Below are positions 36,415 to 46,895 of a stretch of DNA of 64,000 nt, piece after piece; position 1 is the first letter of the stretch, and each line of letters starts with the position of its first letter. The notes below the pieces were generated by a model. That model did no database searches and was not told the origin of the DNA. It saw only the letters and a program-made list of their open reading frames with translations. The DNA comes from Minisyncoccota bacterium (GTDB lineage Bacteria > Patescibacteriota > Minisyncoccia > Phycocordibacterales > DASSSU01). Made by a program: the position numbers and the translations under genes. The stretch covers positions 8,481-72,480 of the forward strand of contig DASSSU010000020.1 of assembly GCA_035708305.1 (NCBI GenBank). The letters run 5' to 3'.

Positions 36415-37914
36415 TTAAGATTCCGTCCTCTTCTTTTTGAAGTGAAACCCGCTTCCAAAAAGAAATTTCGCCGTCGGACTGGTTTCCCGGTCGGACAAAC
36501 CAATAGCAAAAAGCAGAATACGGGTAAGAGTGACAGCAGAGAAAAGCGAGACCACGACTCCCAGCCCAAAAACAAGTGCAAAGCCCTTCACGATAGACGT
36601 TCCTAGCCAAAAGAGCACAATTGCCGTGATAATACTTGAAAGGTGACTGTCTCGGATAGACGGCCAAGCGCGGAGGAAGCCTTCATGTGTTGCATCATGG
36701 AGCGTCTTTCCTTTGCGCATTTCTTCCTTGAGACGCTCAAAGATCAGGATGTTGGCATCCACGGCCATACCGATGGAGAGAATGAACCCGGCAATCCCCG
36801 CTGCGGTCAAAGTTACTGGAATGAGCCGGAAAAAGGCCACGGTTGCTGCTGCGTAAAATGCCAGTGCAAACACCGCAACCAAGCCCGGAAGACGGTACCA
36901 CAAGAGCATGAAAAACGCCACCAGAAGAAACGCGATAATTCCCGCCGTGATACCGTCATTAAAAGCTTTTCCTCCCAAGGTTGCTCCCACTGTTTCGCTG
37001 GAGAGAAGCTGAATAGGAACCGGGAGAGCCCCGGCGTTCAAGCGCCCTACCAGCGTCCGTGCTTCCTGCGGCGTAAAATTTCCTTCAATCACCGCCTGTC
37101 CTCCGGTAATTTTTTCATTGATCACCGGCGTGGAAATAGGCGCACCATCAAGAAAGATAGCGAGGACTTTACCAATATTGTTTCCCGTGATTTGTTCGAA
37201 AAGCTTTGATCCCTGGCTGTTGAACTTGAGTGCTACGATTGGACTGCCTGAAACCTGGTTGAACTGCAAACTTGCGCCGGTGAGGTATCGCCCAGTAAGG
37301 CCGGTTGCGAGATACTGAGGAATGCTCGTACTTGCAGTACTGGTTACTGTGGAAGAAGAAACAGCGGAACTCGAAGCGGAAGTGCTGGCAACGTGGGGAG
37401 TTTGCGGTGCGTTTGGAGTTAAGCTAAACGAAAGCCCGTCAGCGGTGGTGCTTCCCGTTTCAGAAGAAGAAGCAGTGGTGCTTGTGGACTGTGCCGCTAC
37501 AAATTTTGGATTCTCCAGTTTGAACTCCAGAACCGGAGTTTTTCCGATGAGCGCTACCGCCTGATCTACATCAGTAATTCCCGGCAACTCCACCAGCAGG
37601 CGCTGCTGGTTTGCGGTTCCGGCTACCAGACTCCCCCGTTCCACCTGCACAACCGGTTCAGATACGCCGAAGAGATTCACACGCCGTTCGATCACATCCC
37701 GAAGTGCCGCCATGGAGGCATCTACTTCCGACGGATCCAGTTTTGAAACATCCGCCTTGTACGTCAGCTGCGTTCCGCCCGAGAGGTCAAGTCCCAGCTG
37801 AAGCGGAAAGGCTTTTAAAAATCCGGGTTTAGCAGACATCGGCGCAAAGCTGAAGTATGCCACCAGAATACCAAACACAATAAGTCCGATCGCCAATAGT
37901 CTGATTTTTGCCAT
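36415..37914 (-). CDS. secD: Protein-export membrane protein SecD (with Ser/Thr-rich low-complexity insertion)
   Basis: 499 aa. N-terminal TM plus periplasmic domain. The C-terminal TM bundle carries LGLDLSGG and GIAGFILSIGMAVDANILIFERLKEE. Insert STSTTASSSETGSTTADG...SSAVSSSTVTSTASTS. Confidence 0.9.
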   Translation of the reverse strand: MAKIRLLAIGLIVFGILVAYFSFAPMSAKPGFLKAFPLQLGLDLSGGTQLTYKADVSKLDPSEVDASMAALRDVIERRVNLFGVSEPVVQVERGSLVAGTANQQRLLVELPGITDVDQAVALIGKTPVLEFKLENPKFVAAQSTSTTASSSETGSTTADGLSFSLTPNAPQTPHVASTSASSSAVSSSTVTSTASTSIPQYLATGLTGRYLTGASLQFNQVSGSPIVALKFNSQGSKLFEQITGNNIGKVLAIFLDGAPISTPVINEKITGGQAVIEGNFTPQEARTLVGRLNAGALPVPIQLLSSETVGATLGGKAFNDGITAGIIAFLLVAFFMLLWYRLPGLVAVFALAFYAAATVAFFRLIPVTLTAAGIAGFILSIGMAVDANILIFERLKEEMRKGKTLHDATHEGFLRAWPSIRDSHLSSIITAIVLFWLGTSIVKGFALVFGLGVVVSLFSAVTLTRILLFAIGLSDRETSPTAKFLFGSGFHFKKKRTES

Positions 37915-37968
37915 GATTTCGGATTATAGACTGATTTTTTTCCAAGAGCAAGGAATTTTCCACAATTT

Positions 37969-40506
37969 CTATGGTTTTTTCACCTGTGATGTTCCGGAAG
38001 CAGAGCTTTCGGTAGAGTTTGGGATGCTTTCTGTAGAATTGACAGCCGCATGAGTGAAGGGTGATTTCCCCGCTTTCAGATCCCCAAGAATGTTTTTTAC
38101 ATCTGCACTGTCCGGATTCATTTTTTGAAGATTTTCAAAAATACTGACCGCCTGCTGATGTTCGCCCAATCGCTCATACGAAAGTCCGAGATAGTATTCC
38201 GCATTGGCGTATGTCGGGACAAGAGCAATGGACTGCAAGAGCGCCTTCTCTGCCATGTCATATTCCCCATTTTGATATTCCAAAAATCCCAGCTGGAACC
38301 AAAGCGTTGGATCGTTCTGTACCAAAGAAGCAGCGTGTGCGAGAGAATCAGCTGCACCCTGCGTGTCGTTCAAAGCAATCTGGAGACTCGCCTGCTCCAC
38401 ATAGGCATCTGCATAGTTAGATTTTTCTCGGAGAGCATTTTTCAGGTATGTTTGTGCCTGAGCGGTGTTGTTTTGCGTACGTTCCAAACGTGCCATGTCC
38501 AGATATGCCTCCGGAGAATACGGAGAGAAAGTAAAGACATGGGAATAAAAGGCGTTTGACGCTTCATACGCGCCGGAGACGTGAAGTGAGGCGAAAAAAC
38601 GGTAGAGGTTTCCGAGGAAGAGCCAGTTTTGGTAATTGGTCGGATCAAGGTCTTTCGCCGTCTGCGCATCTGTGATCGCCTGTTCAAAGATCTTCTGGAA
38701 ATTATCCATGTCAACCGACTTGCCAGAAGCAGAAGCCTGCTGTTCGATCTGCTGCATTTGCATGACGCTAATTTCTGAAAGTCCGCGGTAGTATGCATCG
38801 ACTTTATCAAGCTTGGCGGCTTTTGAAATTTCCGCCCGTGCCTCCGCGAGATTCTTATTTTGGGTGTAGGCAGTGGTACCTTTTTGAAAAGCTACGGCGG
38901 CACGGTATTTTTGTACGGTCAGATAGATACCGCCAAGAGAGACAATGAGCAGCACAACGAGAATACCGGTGAATGCTGTTTTCGTTTTGCCGGGCACAGA
39001 AAATTCACATTGAGAGAGTTTGACAATCTGCTCCTGCCCCAGAAAAGCAATCAGCATACCCAGCAAGGCAAATGCCAAAGCAGTTACTGCAAGTCCCGGC
39101 GTATAAAACAAAAGCACTCCCCACAGATACCAGACCATCAGATACAAGGTAAGAAACATTTTTTTGCCGGAAGAAGACAGTGCTCGCGAGAAAAACCCCC
39201 GCTTCCCTTCGTAGATCATTCCTGCAAGAAGAACAAGCAGTGAAAAAATCCCGAGCCACCCTTGCGTAATCCCGCGCGTTCCAAAGAAACTGACGGCTGA
39301 CTGGAAATCTACGTTCCACCACGGGGTCAAATTCACCGCTTGGGACTTGTACTGCGCCCAGTCTTTGAAAAATGTTCCCGGACCAGTGCCAAACAGCGCG
39401 TGGGTTATCCCCGTATGTGCAACGTCTCCCGAAATTTGAACCGTGGTCTTCCACGATGGCCGCGCTTGAGCGGTGCTATCCATTCCGGTCAAATGCGAAA
39501 GAGCGGGGTTGATGCGCGGACCAAATACCAGAAAAATTATGGAAAAAAGAAAAACAAAAGCGGGAAAAAATACCGAGCGAAGAAAAATACCCTGCTTTGT
39601 TTTTGGGGTGTGCTCTCTCTTTTTTACCAGCCAAGAAAAAAGGAAAGGGATGGAAACTCCCTCTTGCGACAAGCCAGTGAGTAAAAGAACAGCCGAAAAG
39701 AACACGAGCAGCCAGAGCACCACCGGCAGCGAAAAAACTGCCAGAGCAATGAGTGATATCACCACCATAAGAGATGCTGCGATTTGCAACGCACTTTTTT
39801 TCCAGAAAAACTGCTGAAGACACAGCCCTACCAAAACCGAAAAGCCGAAGAAAACCGGCACGTCATACCATCCGCCAAAAATCGTTTGATACGCCCCGGT
39901 AAAGTATCCCAAAGAAAGAAACGAAGCTCCGAAGATCAAACGAAGCGCATGAAAGAGCGTTAGCAAGAGGAATAGAAGAAAAAAAGCGAAGAAAAAAACT
40001 TGAACATGCTTCCGTTCAAAGTACCGTGCCGAAAGAAAAGCGAGAAGCGAAAAAATTACCGTAAAAAGAAAGGTGTCTGTCTGGATTCCCCGTCCAAAGA
40101 GCGCATAACTCCACGAGGAAGAAACAAGTGAAGAAAGAAATGCTGAGAACACCAGAAGTACCAAACCTACCCACACAAAGCTTTTTGGGAACGAAAAACG
40201 CAAAGCTCTGAGACTGGAAAAAATCCACAGACAAAAAGCCGCTAAGATGAGAATCCCCAGCAAAGCCCCCTTTGAAGTCTCAAGCAAAAGTCCGGGAATT
40301 GGTACAAAAAAAATCGAAACAAAAAAAACCGCTGCCCACAAGCATCCGCTCGAAATCTTTTCCAATAGCGTCTTCGTGTGTATTCGCGAAGAAGGGGGCA
40401 CTCGATGTGAGTGTTCGGAAATTTCTGAAAGCTCTTCTCGCGAATGTTCGTGCGCCGAAGCTCTCACCTTTTTTTCATAAATGCTCTGTATTCTTCTTTC
40501 GTTCAT
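37969..40506 (-). CDS. O-antigen ligase-like (Wzy_C) polytopic membrane protein fused to C-terminal TPR repeats
   Basis: ~12 TM helices over ~500 aa, then ~300 aa of TPR-like repeats (YYRGLSEI..., AKDLDPTNYQNWLFLGNLY, AEYYLGLSYERLGEHQQA). 845 aa. Confidence 0.55.
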   Translation of the reverse strand: MNERRIQSIYEKKVRASAHEHSREELSEISEHSHRVPPSSRIHTKTLLEKISSGCLWAAVFFVSIFFVPIPGLLLETSKGALLGILILAAFCLWIFSSLRALRFSFPKSFVWVGLVLLVFSAFLSSLVSSSWSYALFGRGIQTDTFLFTVIFSLLAFLSARYFERKHVQVFFFAFFLLFLLLTLFHALRLIFGASFLSLGYFTGAYQTIFGGWYDVPVFFGFSVLVGLCLQQFFWKKSALQIAASLMVVISLIALAVFSLPVVLWLLVFFSAVLLLTGLSQEGVSIPFLFSWLVKKREHTPKTKQGIFLRSVFFPAFVFLFSIIFLVFGPRINPALSHLTGMDSTAQARPSWKTTVQISGDVAHTGITHALFGTGPGTFFKDWAQYKSQAVNLTPWWNVDFQSAVSFFGTRGITQGWLGIFSLLVLLAGMIYEGKRGFFSRALSSSGKKMFLTLYLMVWYLWGVLLFYTPGLAVTALAFALLGMLIAFLGQEQIVKLSQCEFSVPGKTKTAFTGILVVLLIVSLGGIYLTVQKYRAAVAFQKGTTAYTQNKNLAEARAEISKAAKLDKVDAYYRGLSEISVMQMQQIEQQASASGKSVDMDNFQKIFEQAITDAQTAKDLDPTNYQNWLFLGNLYRFFASLHVSGAYEASNAFYSHVFTFSPYSPEAYLDMARLERTQNNTAQAQTYLKNALREKSNYADAYVEQASLQIALNDTQGAADSLAHAASLVQNDPTLWFQLGFLEYQNGEYDMAEKALLQSIALVPTYANAEYYLGLSYERLGEHQQAVSIFENLQKMNPDSADVKNILGDLKAGKSPFTHAAVNSTESIPNSTESSASGTSQVKKP

Positions 40507-40608
40507 AGGAGTATGCCGTTGTCATTATCATACCGTATATTTCCCTTCCGCAATAGCTGAACAAAATCCACAGTGGGGATTCTCTGGCTTCAGCGTTTTT
40601 TATCTTCT

Positions 40609-41727
40609 TTAGCGTTCGTTCAAAGAGAGCTCCATGTTTTCGCGGTGCGTCACGCGGCCATATTTGCGCATTCCCATTAAAATACCGAGTGCCCCCATTT
40701 CTGTCACCAAGTGCGAGCCCCCATACGAGAGAAACGGAATGGTTGTTCCTGTTACCGGCAGAAGTCCAATGTTGATTCCCACATGCACGATAATGTGCGC
40801 CATGAGGAGGATGGCCACACCTGCACCATAGAGGATTTCAAAGTTCGTCTCCCCTAGCATGGCGTTGTGAAGAATCCGCCAAATCACGATGCCGAATAGC
40901 AGAAAAAGAATCAGCACGCCGAGAAACCCCCATTCCTCCGCAAAAGAAGCAAAAATAAAGTCGGTCTCATGCTCTGGCAAGAAGTTAAGCCGAGACTGCG
41001 TGCCATAACCGATTCCTTCTCCCAAAAGCTCGCCGGAACCGACCGCGATCATGGACTGGTACGCGTTATATCCTGCCCCACGCGTGTCCGACATCGGATG
41101 AAGAAAGGTCAAGATACGCGCTTTTTGGTAATCCTTAAAAAGAAAGAGCCATGCGCCTCCGAGTGCTACCGCTCCGATGAGCACCACCGCCAAAAGATGC
41201 TTTTTTGAAATTCCCGAGACCAGCACCATGCCAAACCAGATCGCGGCAATGATGATCGCTGAGCCAAAGTCCGGCTGGAGCGCGATCAAGGCAAACAAGA
41301 TGAGAGTATATGCGCCGGAGACAAGAATATGCCGGATATTTGCAATGTCCACATGGCGCCGGGAAAAATATTTCGCAAGGACCAAAATTAAAACAATTTT
41401 GATCGGATCCGTCGGTTGGATAGAAAAGAGACCAATACTCACCCAGCTCTGTGCTCCGTTCACCACTCTTCCAAAAACCAGCAAAACCGCCAAAATACCG
41501 CAACCGGCAGCGTAGAGTGAAACAAGCACTCCGGTTCTCCTCAAAAAACGAAAATCCATGAAAGAGAACGCAAAAAAAACCACAAAAGAAACTCCAATCC
41601 AAAAAAGCTGCTTGGTAAAAAAGCTGGACTGGCCGCTGAAAGAGTTCATTGTAATCAGTCCCGCCAGCATAAGCGGTATGATCGCCGCCACCAGCAGCCA
41701 ATCGATTTTTGCTCGAAATGAAAACAT
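40609..41727 (-). CDS. SEDS family peptidoglycan glycosyltransferase (FtsW/RodA)
   Basis: 372 aa, 10 TM. DFIFASFAEEWGFLGVLILFLLFGIVIWR and PFLSYGGSHLV are SEDS signatures. Confidence 0.85.
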   Translation of the reverse strand: MFSFRAKIDWLLVAAIIPLMLAGLITMNSFSGQSSFFTKQLFWIGVSFVVFFAFSFMDFRFLRRTGVLVSLYAAGCGILAVLLVFGRVVNGAQSWVSIGLFSIQPTDPIKIVLILVLAKYFSRRHVDIANIRHILVSGAYTLILFALIALQPDFGSAIIIAAIWFGMVLVSGISKKHLLAVVLIGAVALGGAWLFLFKDYQKARILTFLHPMSDTRGAGYNAYQSMIAVGSGELLGEGIGYGTQSRLNFLPEHETDFIFASFAEEWGFLGVLILFLLFGIVIWRILHNAMLGETNFEILYGAGVAILLMAHIIVHVGINIGLLPVTGTTIPFLSYGGSHLVTEMGALGILMGMRKYGRVTHRENMELSLNER

Positions 41728-41783
41728 TTTTTCTCTATATTTTTCTACTGTTCAATCCAACTTCCCAACATTATTCCGAAATT

Positions 41784-42566
41784 CTAATCCAAATTTTGTA
41801 TTTCAAAAACATTCACACGCGGAATGATTTCAATCCTTGAAGCTTGTCCAGAAAAAGGCTGAGGCCAGGTGAAGTATGCCTGCGCATCGGAGGTGCGCGG
41901 AAAATTGTCAATGTAGGTTGAAGATGAACCAATCGCGTTTCCGTTGATATCATACACCACCGCCACGACCTGGATGTTGCTGATGTCTGTAAGTGCCGGG
42001 TTATGGAGTGTGACCGTGAGCCGCGGAGCGGTATCAGCATCCGTGAGCGTGCGGCTGACGACTTCGATTTTCGGGGCAGCCTGTGGTGCCCTCTCCCAGG
42101 TGGGCGAACTCTCGAATTCCAGGAAGGTACGTGCAGGAATCTGGTATTTCGTATCAATCCGCGGTTCAAAGATCACAAACCGCTCTCCCGGATTGACAAA
42201 GGTAGTGCCACTGCGGGTGGTAATGAGAATGTTGTTTTGATCGTAAATTTTAAAGGTATAGTGCACCTGCTCAATACCCGCTTGATCATTTTTGTTTTCC
42301 ACGTAGGCAACGGCATTGTACACACCATCAGACACCTGGAATGTTCGATCCCAGTCCACCACGAGATCACCGTTTCCTTTGGCACACAAAAGCTCGCAAG
42401 GACCGCCGCAGTCCGGGCCTTCCTCGCCCTGATTTTGCTTGTGGTCAAAGCACGACGGCGGGCGGTAAGTTTTGACCAACGTGAAGGCTGTCACCGGAAG
42501 AAAAATGAGCAAGAAAACCGCAAGAAAGTAGAGGAATTTTCTTTTTGCTGCCCAAGAGATTGTCAT
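41784..42566 (-). CDS. Hypothetical membrane-anchored secreted protein (Cys-rich N-terminal motif CGGPCELLC)
   Basis: N-terminal TM helix, then a beta-rich domain. No recognisable family. Confidence 0.4.
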   Translation of the reverse strand: MTISWAAKRKFLYFLAVFLLIFLPVTAFTLVKTYRPPSCFDHKQNQGEEGPDCGGPCELLCAKGNGDLVVDWDRTFQVSDGVYNAVAYVENKNDQAGIEQVHYTFKIYDQNNILITTRSGTTFVNPGERFVIFEPRIDTKYQIPARTFLEFESSPTWERAPQAAPKIEVVSRTLTDADTAPRLTVTLHNPALTDISNIQVVAVVYDINGNAIGSSSTYIDNFPRTSDAQAYFTWPQPFSGQASRIEIIPRVNVFEIQNLD

Positions 42567-42639
42567 AGAAATATTGTATCAAAAACCAAGCCGCTCTTCC
42601 ATTTCTTCGCTTCCGATCTTCAGCCGTTTTCTACTTGCG

Positions 42640-43419
42640 TTATTTTTTCGCAGCAACACGGTCACCGATTTCCATAATTTTGCCAAAAATTTCGGCACTG
42701 AGACTCGCCCGTCCCACCAAAAGTCCATCCGCCTGCCCATCGCCCAAGAATTCTTCCGTGTTTTTGTCATCCACTGAACCGCCGTAGAGAAACATCGTTT
42801 GGTCGGCATTTTCTTTTCCAAATTTATCTGTGAGAACACGTTTAACGAAAATCTTCATTTCAAAGACATCTCCCGGAGTTGCCGGACGAAGGGCGTTCTT
42901 CCCGATCGCCCAAATCGGCTCGTACGCGATCACCAGCTGGCTGAGATCCGTTTTGGCAATTTTTGAAAGATCGTTCAGAAGCTGCATCTCTACCGTGCGA
43001 AGGTATTTTCCATCACGATCACGCTTCTCTTCCCCTACGCAAAGAATTACCTTAAGACCGCTCGCCATTGCTGCCTTTATTTTCTGTGAAATATCTTCAT
43101 CGCCCTCCCCAGCAGCGCGGCGTTCGGAATGTCCCAAAATCACGTACGGCACCTTCATACTCGCAATCTGTACAGCTGAGATCTCGCCGGTGTGTGCTCC
43201 GGATACCGCCGCATGGCAGTTTTGCGCACCCAGCACACAGCGCTTTCCAGTAACCAGCTTTCGCAAATCTCCCAAAAAAAGAGATGGCGGACAAATCACC
43301 GTGTCGGCATTTTTGAGCTTTGCCGCTTTGGTTTTTATTTTCGTAAAGGTGGTTCGCGCTTCGGCTGCGGTCTCCGGGTTCATCTTCCAGTTGCCGACGA
43401 TGAGTTTCTTTTTTGTCAT
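42640..43419 (-). CDS. tpiA: Triosephosphate isomerase (start taken at MTKKKLIVGNWKMN; ORF track extends to 43473)
   Basis: LIVGNWKMN, AQNCHAAVSGAHTGEIS, ILGHSERR and YEPIWAIG are the TIM catalytic blocks. Confidence 0.9.
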   Translation of the reverse strand: MTKKKLIVGNWKMNPETAAEARTTFTKIKTKAAKLKNADTVICPPSLFLGDLRKLVTGKRCVLGAQNCHAAVSGAHTGEISAVQIASMKVPYVILGHSERRAAGEGDEDISQKIKAAMASGLKVILCVGEEKRDRDGKYLRTVEMQLLNDLSKIAKTDLSQLVIAYEPIWAIGKNALRPATPGDVFEMKIFVKRVLTDKFGKENADQTMFLYGGSVDDKNTEEFLGDGQADGLLVGRASLSAEIFGKIMEIGDRVAAKK

Positions 43420-43475
43420 ATGTCTGCCAGTATAACACGAATCAGAAACGAAGAAGCAGAAAAATTTGTCCAAAT

Positions 43476-44807
43476 TTACTCTACTTCTTTCCAGGAAGAA
43501 ATTCCCCAGGAACCTTGTGCGCCGGGAAACGTGATGGATTTCAAGCCGTCTTCATACACCAAATCCGCCCCTCCGGACATGACGATGGAATATCCGGTGA
43601 TTTCATGCACACTCACACCGCCACTCAACGAAATATTTCCATGAGGCGCGTATAAAACTACTCCACCCAGTGCCCCACCGCTGATGTTGATCGCGTTCAC
43701 ACTTCCGCCATCTTCACCGCTCTGATTTTGCGAAACAAAAATCACGTACGAACCCTCCGTTCCCGAACCATAAATCTTCGCCCCGCCACTCGCATTGATC
43801 GTGCCATCAGAACCTGGATTGGAAGTGTCATCCGCAATAATCGGCACACTCGCTGTCCCGAGACTTGGATCAACTTTTATCTCTCCTCCTCCCCCAACCG
43901 AAATATTGCCGTTCACCCACACCGGACCAGTGAGAACCAGTACTGCGCTACCCGCAAGGCTTACATTACAATTGATTTTTATATTTCCGATCGTCGTCGT
44001 GGAAGTCGGACTGTACGGACAAGGACCATTGTATACACTGCCGCTTTCGGCTTCTTGCTCCCACCCATCGATCGTCGCGTCCGAAATTGGCATCGTCGCA
44101 AGCGGCTGATCTGGACTGTCCGGATGCTTAGCACCATACACCAAAACATTCGTAAGGTTTTGGGAATAAAATGCATCGCCGGAGATGTTGGAGTTGTCGA
44201 TGCTGTGGGCATACACGTTCCCCCCGGCATCCACATGAGAAACACTTCCCTCCGGACCCGCGGAAACCACATCTCCCGAGATCGAAAGACGATAGCCACC
44301 TCCCGTTACCAGACCGTTTGAATATACATTGCCGGTAATGGTGGCGCCGCCCTTGATATAAATTCCGCCCTCTCCTGCCTGAGCACCCGAACCAAACGAC
44401 GTTCCTGCGCCAACTGTTCCATCTGCCGACACTTTGCGCACCGCATCTCCCGCAAGCGCACTGGAGAGGAGACCTACTTCCGTTGCAGAAATCGACTGCA
44501 CCGTGGTGGTTGCGACCGTTCCGTTCAAACTCAAAACTTCCGTATCCTGATCCGGTATGTCCGAGTGATCCAGACGGTACAGAGCATCTTCCATTCCCGA
44601 TTGCGCCGTGTAGAAAGCCTGGTCGGAATCCATGTTTTCCCGAGTGTTCTGTGCCCGAGACCCCAGTACCCCCGAAAAGCCGATGACCACGGCGGTGAAA
44701 AACGCAAGAAAGAAAAACACGACCAGCAGAAGCGCAAACCCTCCGTCTGTTCTCGGATGATTTTGTTTTGGCTTATCGTGCCTTAAGTGCTGATGTTCTT
44801 TTTTCAT
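43476..44807 (-). CDS. Large pilus-associated protein, PilX-like N-terminal helix + Gly-rich beta-helical domain (putative minor/tip pilin)
   Basis: N-terminal hydrophobic helix GGFALLLVVFFFLAFFTAVVIGF without the Glu+5 (PilX_N-like). Repetitive GGxxxxGNVYSNG/ISGDVVSAG-type beta-helix repeats. Immediately upstream of four pseudopilin genes. Confidence 0.4.
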   Translation of the reverse strand: MKKEHQHLRHDKPKQNHPRTDGGFALLLVVFFFLAFFTAVVIGFSGVLGSRAQNTRENMDSDQAFYTAQSGMEDALYRLDHSDIPDQDTEVLSLNGTVATTTVQSISATEVGLLSSALAGDAVRKVSADGTVGAGTSFGSGAQAGEGGIYIKGGATITGNVYSNGLVTGGGYRLSISGDVVSAGPEGSVSHVDAGGNVYAHSIDNSNISGDAFYSQNLTNVLVYGAKHPDSPDQPLATMPISDATIDGWEQEAESGSVYNGPCPYSPTSTTTIGNIKINCNVSLAGSAVLVLTGPVWVNGNISVGGGGEIKVDPSLGTASVPIIADDTSNPGSDGTINASGGAKIYGSGTEGSYVIFVSQNQSGEDGGSVNAINISGGALGGVVLYAPHGNISLSGGVSVHEITGYSIVMSGGADLVYEDGLKSITFPGAQGSWGISSWKEVE

Positions 44808-44827
44808 GCTCTTTGATTTTCCGCGGT

Positions 44828-45409
44828 TTATGATTCCTGATTCCTGAACAGAATCGTATTTTCAAAATGTTCGGCAGATGCTCCCTCTCCGCCCAAGGTC
44901 AAATCAACCTTCACTCCACTCCCGTGTTTGGCAGAAAGTTCGTTCACTGAAAATTGTGTCACGGGCGTATCGTTTCGCGTGAGCGCCACCCCCGCCGCAT
45001 CACCTTCAGAAATTTCAAGCATGCCGTTTTGTAGAAAAAAACTGATGGTTGTATCACTTCCTTGATCGTCCGTTGTATTTAAAACCAGTTTTCCCGTATT
45101 CGTCCCAAAAGTGCTCTTGCTCTCGTCTACGGATTTCGCTCTTCTGATTTCGTACGCCATTCGATCCATCCCCACTTGTGCAGAAGACAAAATATGCTCC
45201 GAAACACGAAGATCGGAAAAATTTTTCATAGAGGATACGAGCGATTCGATTGCCAAAACTGAAACTGCGCTAAAAATTGCCAAGTATGCAACAAGTTCAA
45301 TCACGGTAAAACCACCACAAAATTTTTTTTGCGGATTTCCTTCGCGAGAAATTAGATTTCCAGAAGGAAAGTTTGAAGAACGAAATGGCTTTTTTTTCAT
45401 ATCAATCAT
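44828..45409 (-). CDS. Prepilin-type N-terminal cleavage/methylation domain protein (pseudopilin)
   Basis: Class III signal G|FTVIELVAYLAIFSAV with Glu+5. Confidence 0.7.
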   Translation of the reverse strand: MIDMKKKPFRSSNFPSGNLISREGNPQKKFCGGFTVIELVAYLAIFSAVSVLAIESLVSSMKNFSDLRVSEHILSSAQVGMDRMAYEIRRAKSVDESKSTFGTNTGKLVLNTTDDQGSDTTISFFLQNGMLEISEGDAAGVALTRNDTPVTQFSVNELSAKHGSGVKVDLTLGGEGASAEHFENTILFRNQES

Positions 45410-45902
45410 TGTACAAATCCATCACATACGCCTGAAGTGACCGCGTACTCGTGCTTTGCCCGGAGGAATTCTTCCACGCTACCGACACGGTCACTTTTTT
45501 GGCGCCGGGATCAAGCGCTCCCGAGGAAGCGATATTTCCGTTCGCATCACGGTATACGTCTTCGAGTTCAAATGTCCGCGACAGCTTTCCGTCGATCACC
45601 ACAGGCGTCGTGGTCGCTGTCCAGTCGGTGCCGTCAAAAATGAGAAAATACGGTGTGCTGGTGGCAAGTGAAGCAAGATTCCCACGAAAGCTCTCGTTCC
45701 GGAGAAACTGTACCGCCTCCATTCCTTCTTCAAGCAAATACCCGGCCTTGCTTTCCAAAAGCGCCTGACTCTCCTGCTTCGCCGCAACGGAAAAGTATTT
45801 TGCGATCGCCAAGAAAAGAATCGTGAGTACCGAAACCGCCACAATGATCTCGATCATGCTGAAGCCGGCTGTTTGAGAATTTTGCAAATTTTTCTTCATC
45901 AT
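45402..45902 (-). CDS. Prepilin-type N-terminal cleavage/methylation domain protein (pseudopilin)
   Basis: AG|FSMIEIIVAVSVLTILFLAIA prepilin motif. 8-nt overlap with the downstream gene. Confidence 0.7.
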   Translation of the reverse strand: MMKKNLQNSQTAGFSMIEIIVAVSVLTILFLAIAKYFSVAAKQESQALLESKAGYLLEEGMEAVQFLRNESFRGNLASLATSTPYFLIFDGTDWTATTTPVVIDGKLSRTFELEDVYRDANGNIASSGALDPGAKKVTVSVAWKNSSGQSTSTRSLQAYVMDLYND

Positions 45903-46384
45903 TCGTTTTCTTGAAGTTCCACTTTTCCGGTGGTAGCAATTTCAAAAACCACCTTTTCGGTCGGATCGGTAACTACCCGAAGTGTGAAAGTCCCCGCATT
46001 TTTTGTCGTCCCTGTGAGCCGGTCAAACACCACATCCGAACCGCCGCCCGCAAGCGAAATATTGGCGATCTCAAGCGACGCCGGAAGCGCCGTGGTTTCT
46101 GTAGAAGTGGAAGTGTCAAACGCCGTTCCGCGGAAAAGCGAAATACTGGAAGTTGCCAAATGCACGCCGTAGTTCTCGCCGTTTTTTGATGCAAGCGTAT
46201 CCGTCCGTGCCTGGTCGAAAAGGGAGAAAAAAATCTCCGTTTGATTGTCCAAAATGCGCGCTGTGCGAAAGTGCGAAAGTGCGGCAATTCCTCCCGCAGC
46301 AAGCAACACGGCAATCCCCAAAACCGCCAGAAGTTCGATCAAGGTAAATCCACGCGAACGAGTTTTTTGGTTTTTGTGCCACAT
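45899..46384 (-). CDS. Prepilin-type N-terminal cleavage/methylation domain protein (pseudopilin)
   Basis: RG|FTLIELLAVLGIAVLLAAGG prepilin motif. 4-nt overlaps on both sides. Confidence 0.7.
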   Translation of the reverse strand: MWHKNQKTRSRGFTLIELLAVLGIAVLLAAGGIAALSHFRTARILDNQTEIFFSLFDQARTDTLASKNGENYGVHLATSSISLFRGTAFDTSTSTETTALPASLEIANISLAGGGSDVVFDRLTGTTKNAGTFTLRVVTDPTEKVVFEIATTGKVELQENE

Positions 46385-46386
46385 TT

Positions 46387-46884
46387 TTATAAGCTCGTTT
46401 CCACTTTTCCGTCTTGGTCAATTTGGATGACGGATTTGAAAACCCGATTTTTTTTTGCCTCGATGGAAAATGATCCGTAGTTTGTCGTTTGACCAGACGG
46501 ACTCAGATACACGATGTCATTTTTGTCCGTACGAAGCGCCACTTCGGAAATCTGGAAAAGCGGGTTGATCGACCACACAATATTGCCTGGATCATTCGGA
46601 ACGTAGGAATCACCTTTGAAAAATACCAATGTGGAAGTTGCCAAATGCACGCCGTAGGTGTTTTGCGCCGGGGAGTGCATGGCTTGCAGCCGCGCCTGAA
46701 TGAGGATGGCCGAAGCATTCTGGGTCTCCTGCTCAAGCGCACGCGTCAGGTGAATATGCGAGAAAGATACGTACGCAATCAGCAGCACCATCGCGGTCAT
46801 TCCCATGAATGCAAACAATTCAATTACGGTAAAACCGCGGGAAAATGCTGCCTCTCGCTCAAGTTTTTTCTGCTGTGTATTCAT
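46387..46884 (-). CDS. Prepilin-type N-terminal cleavage/methylation domain protein (pseudopilin/major pilin candidate)
   Basis: RG|FTVIELFAFMGMTAMVLLIAYV prepilin motif. First pilin gene after pilC. Confidence 0.7.
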   Translation of the reverse strand: MNTQQKKLEREAAFSRGFTVIELFAFMGMTAMVLLIAYVSFSHIHLTRALEQETQNASAILIQARLQAMHSPAQNTYGVHLATSTLVFFKGDSYVPNDPGNIVWSINPLFQISEVALRTDKNDIVYLSPSGQTTNYGSFSIEAKKNRVFKSVIQIDQDGKVETSL

Positions 46885-46895
46885 GGCGTTTGAAA

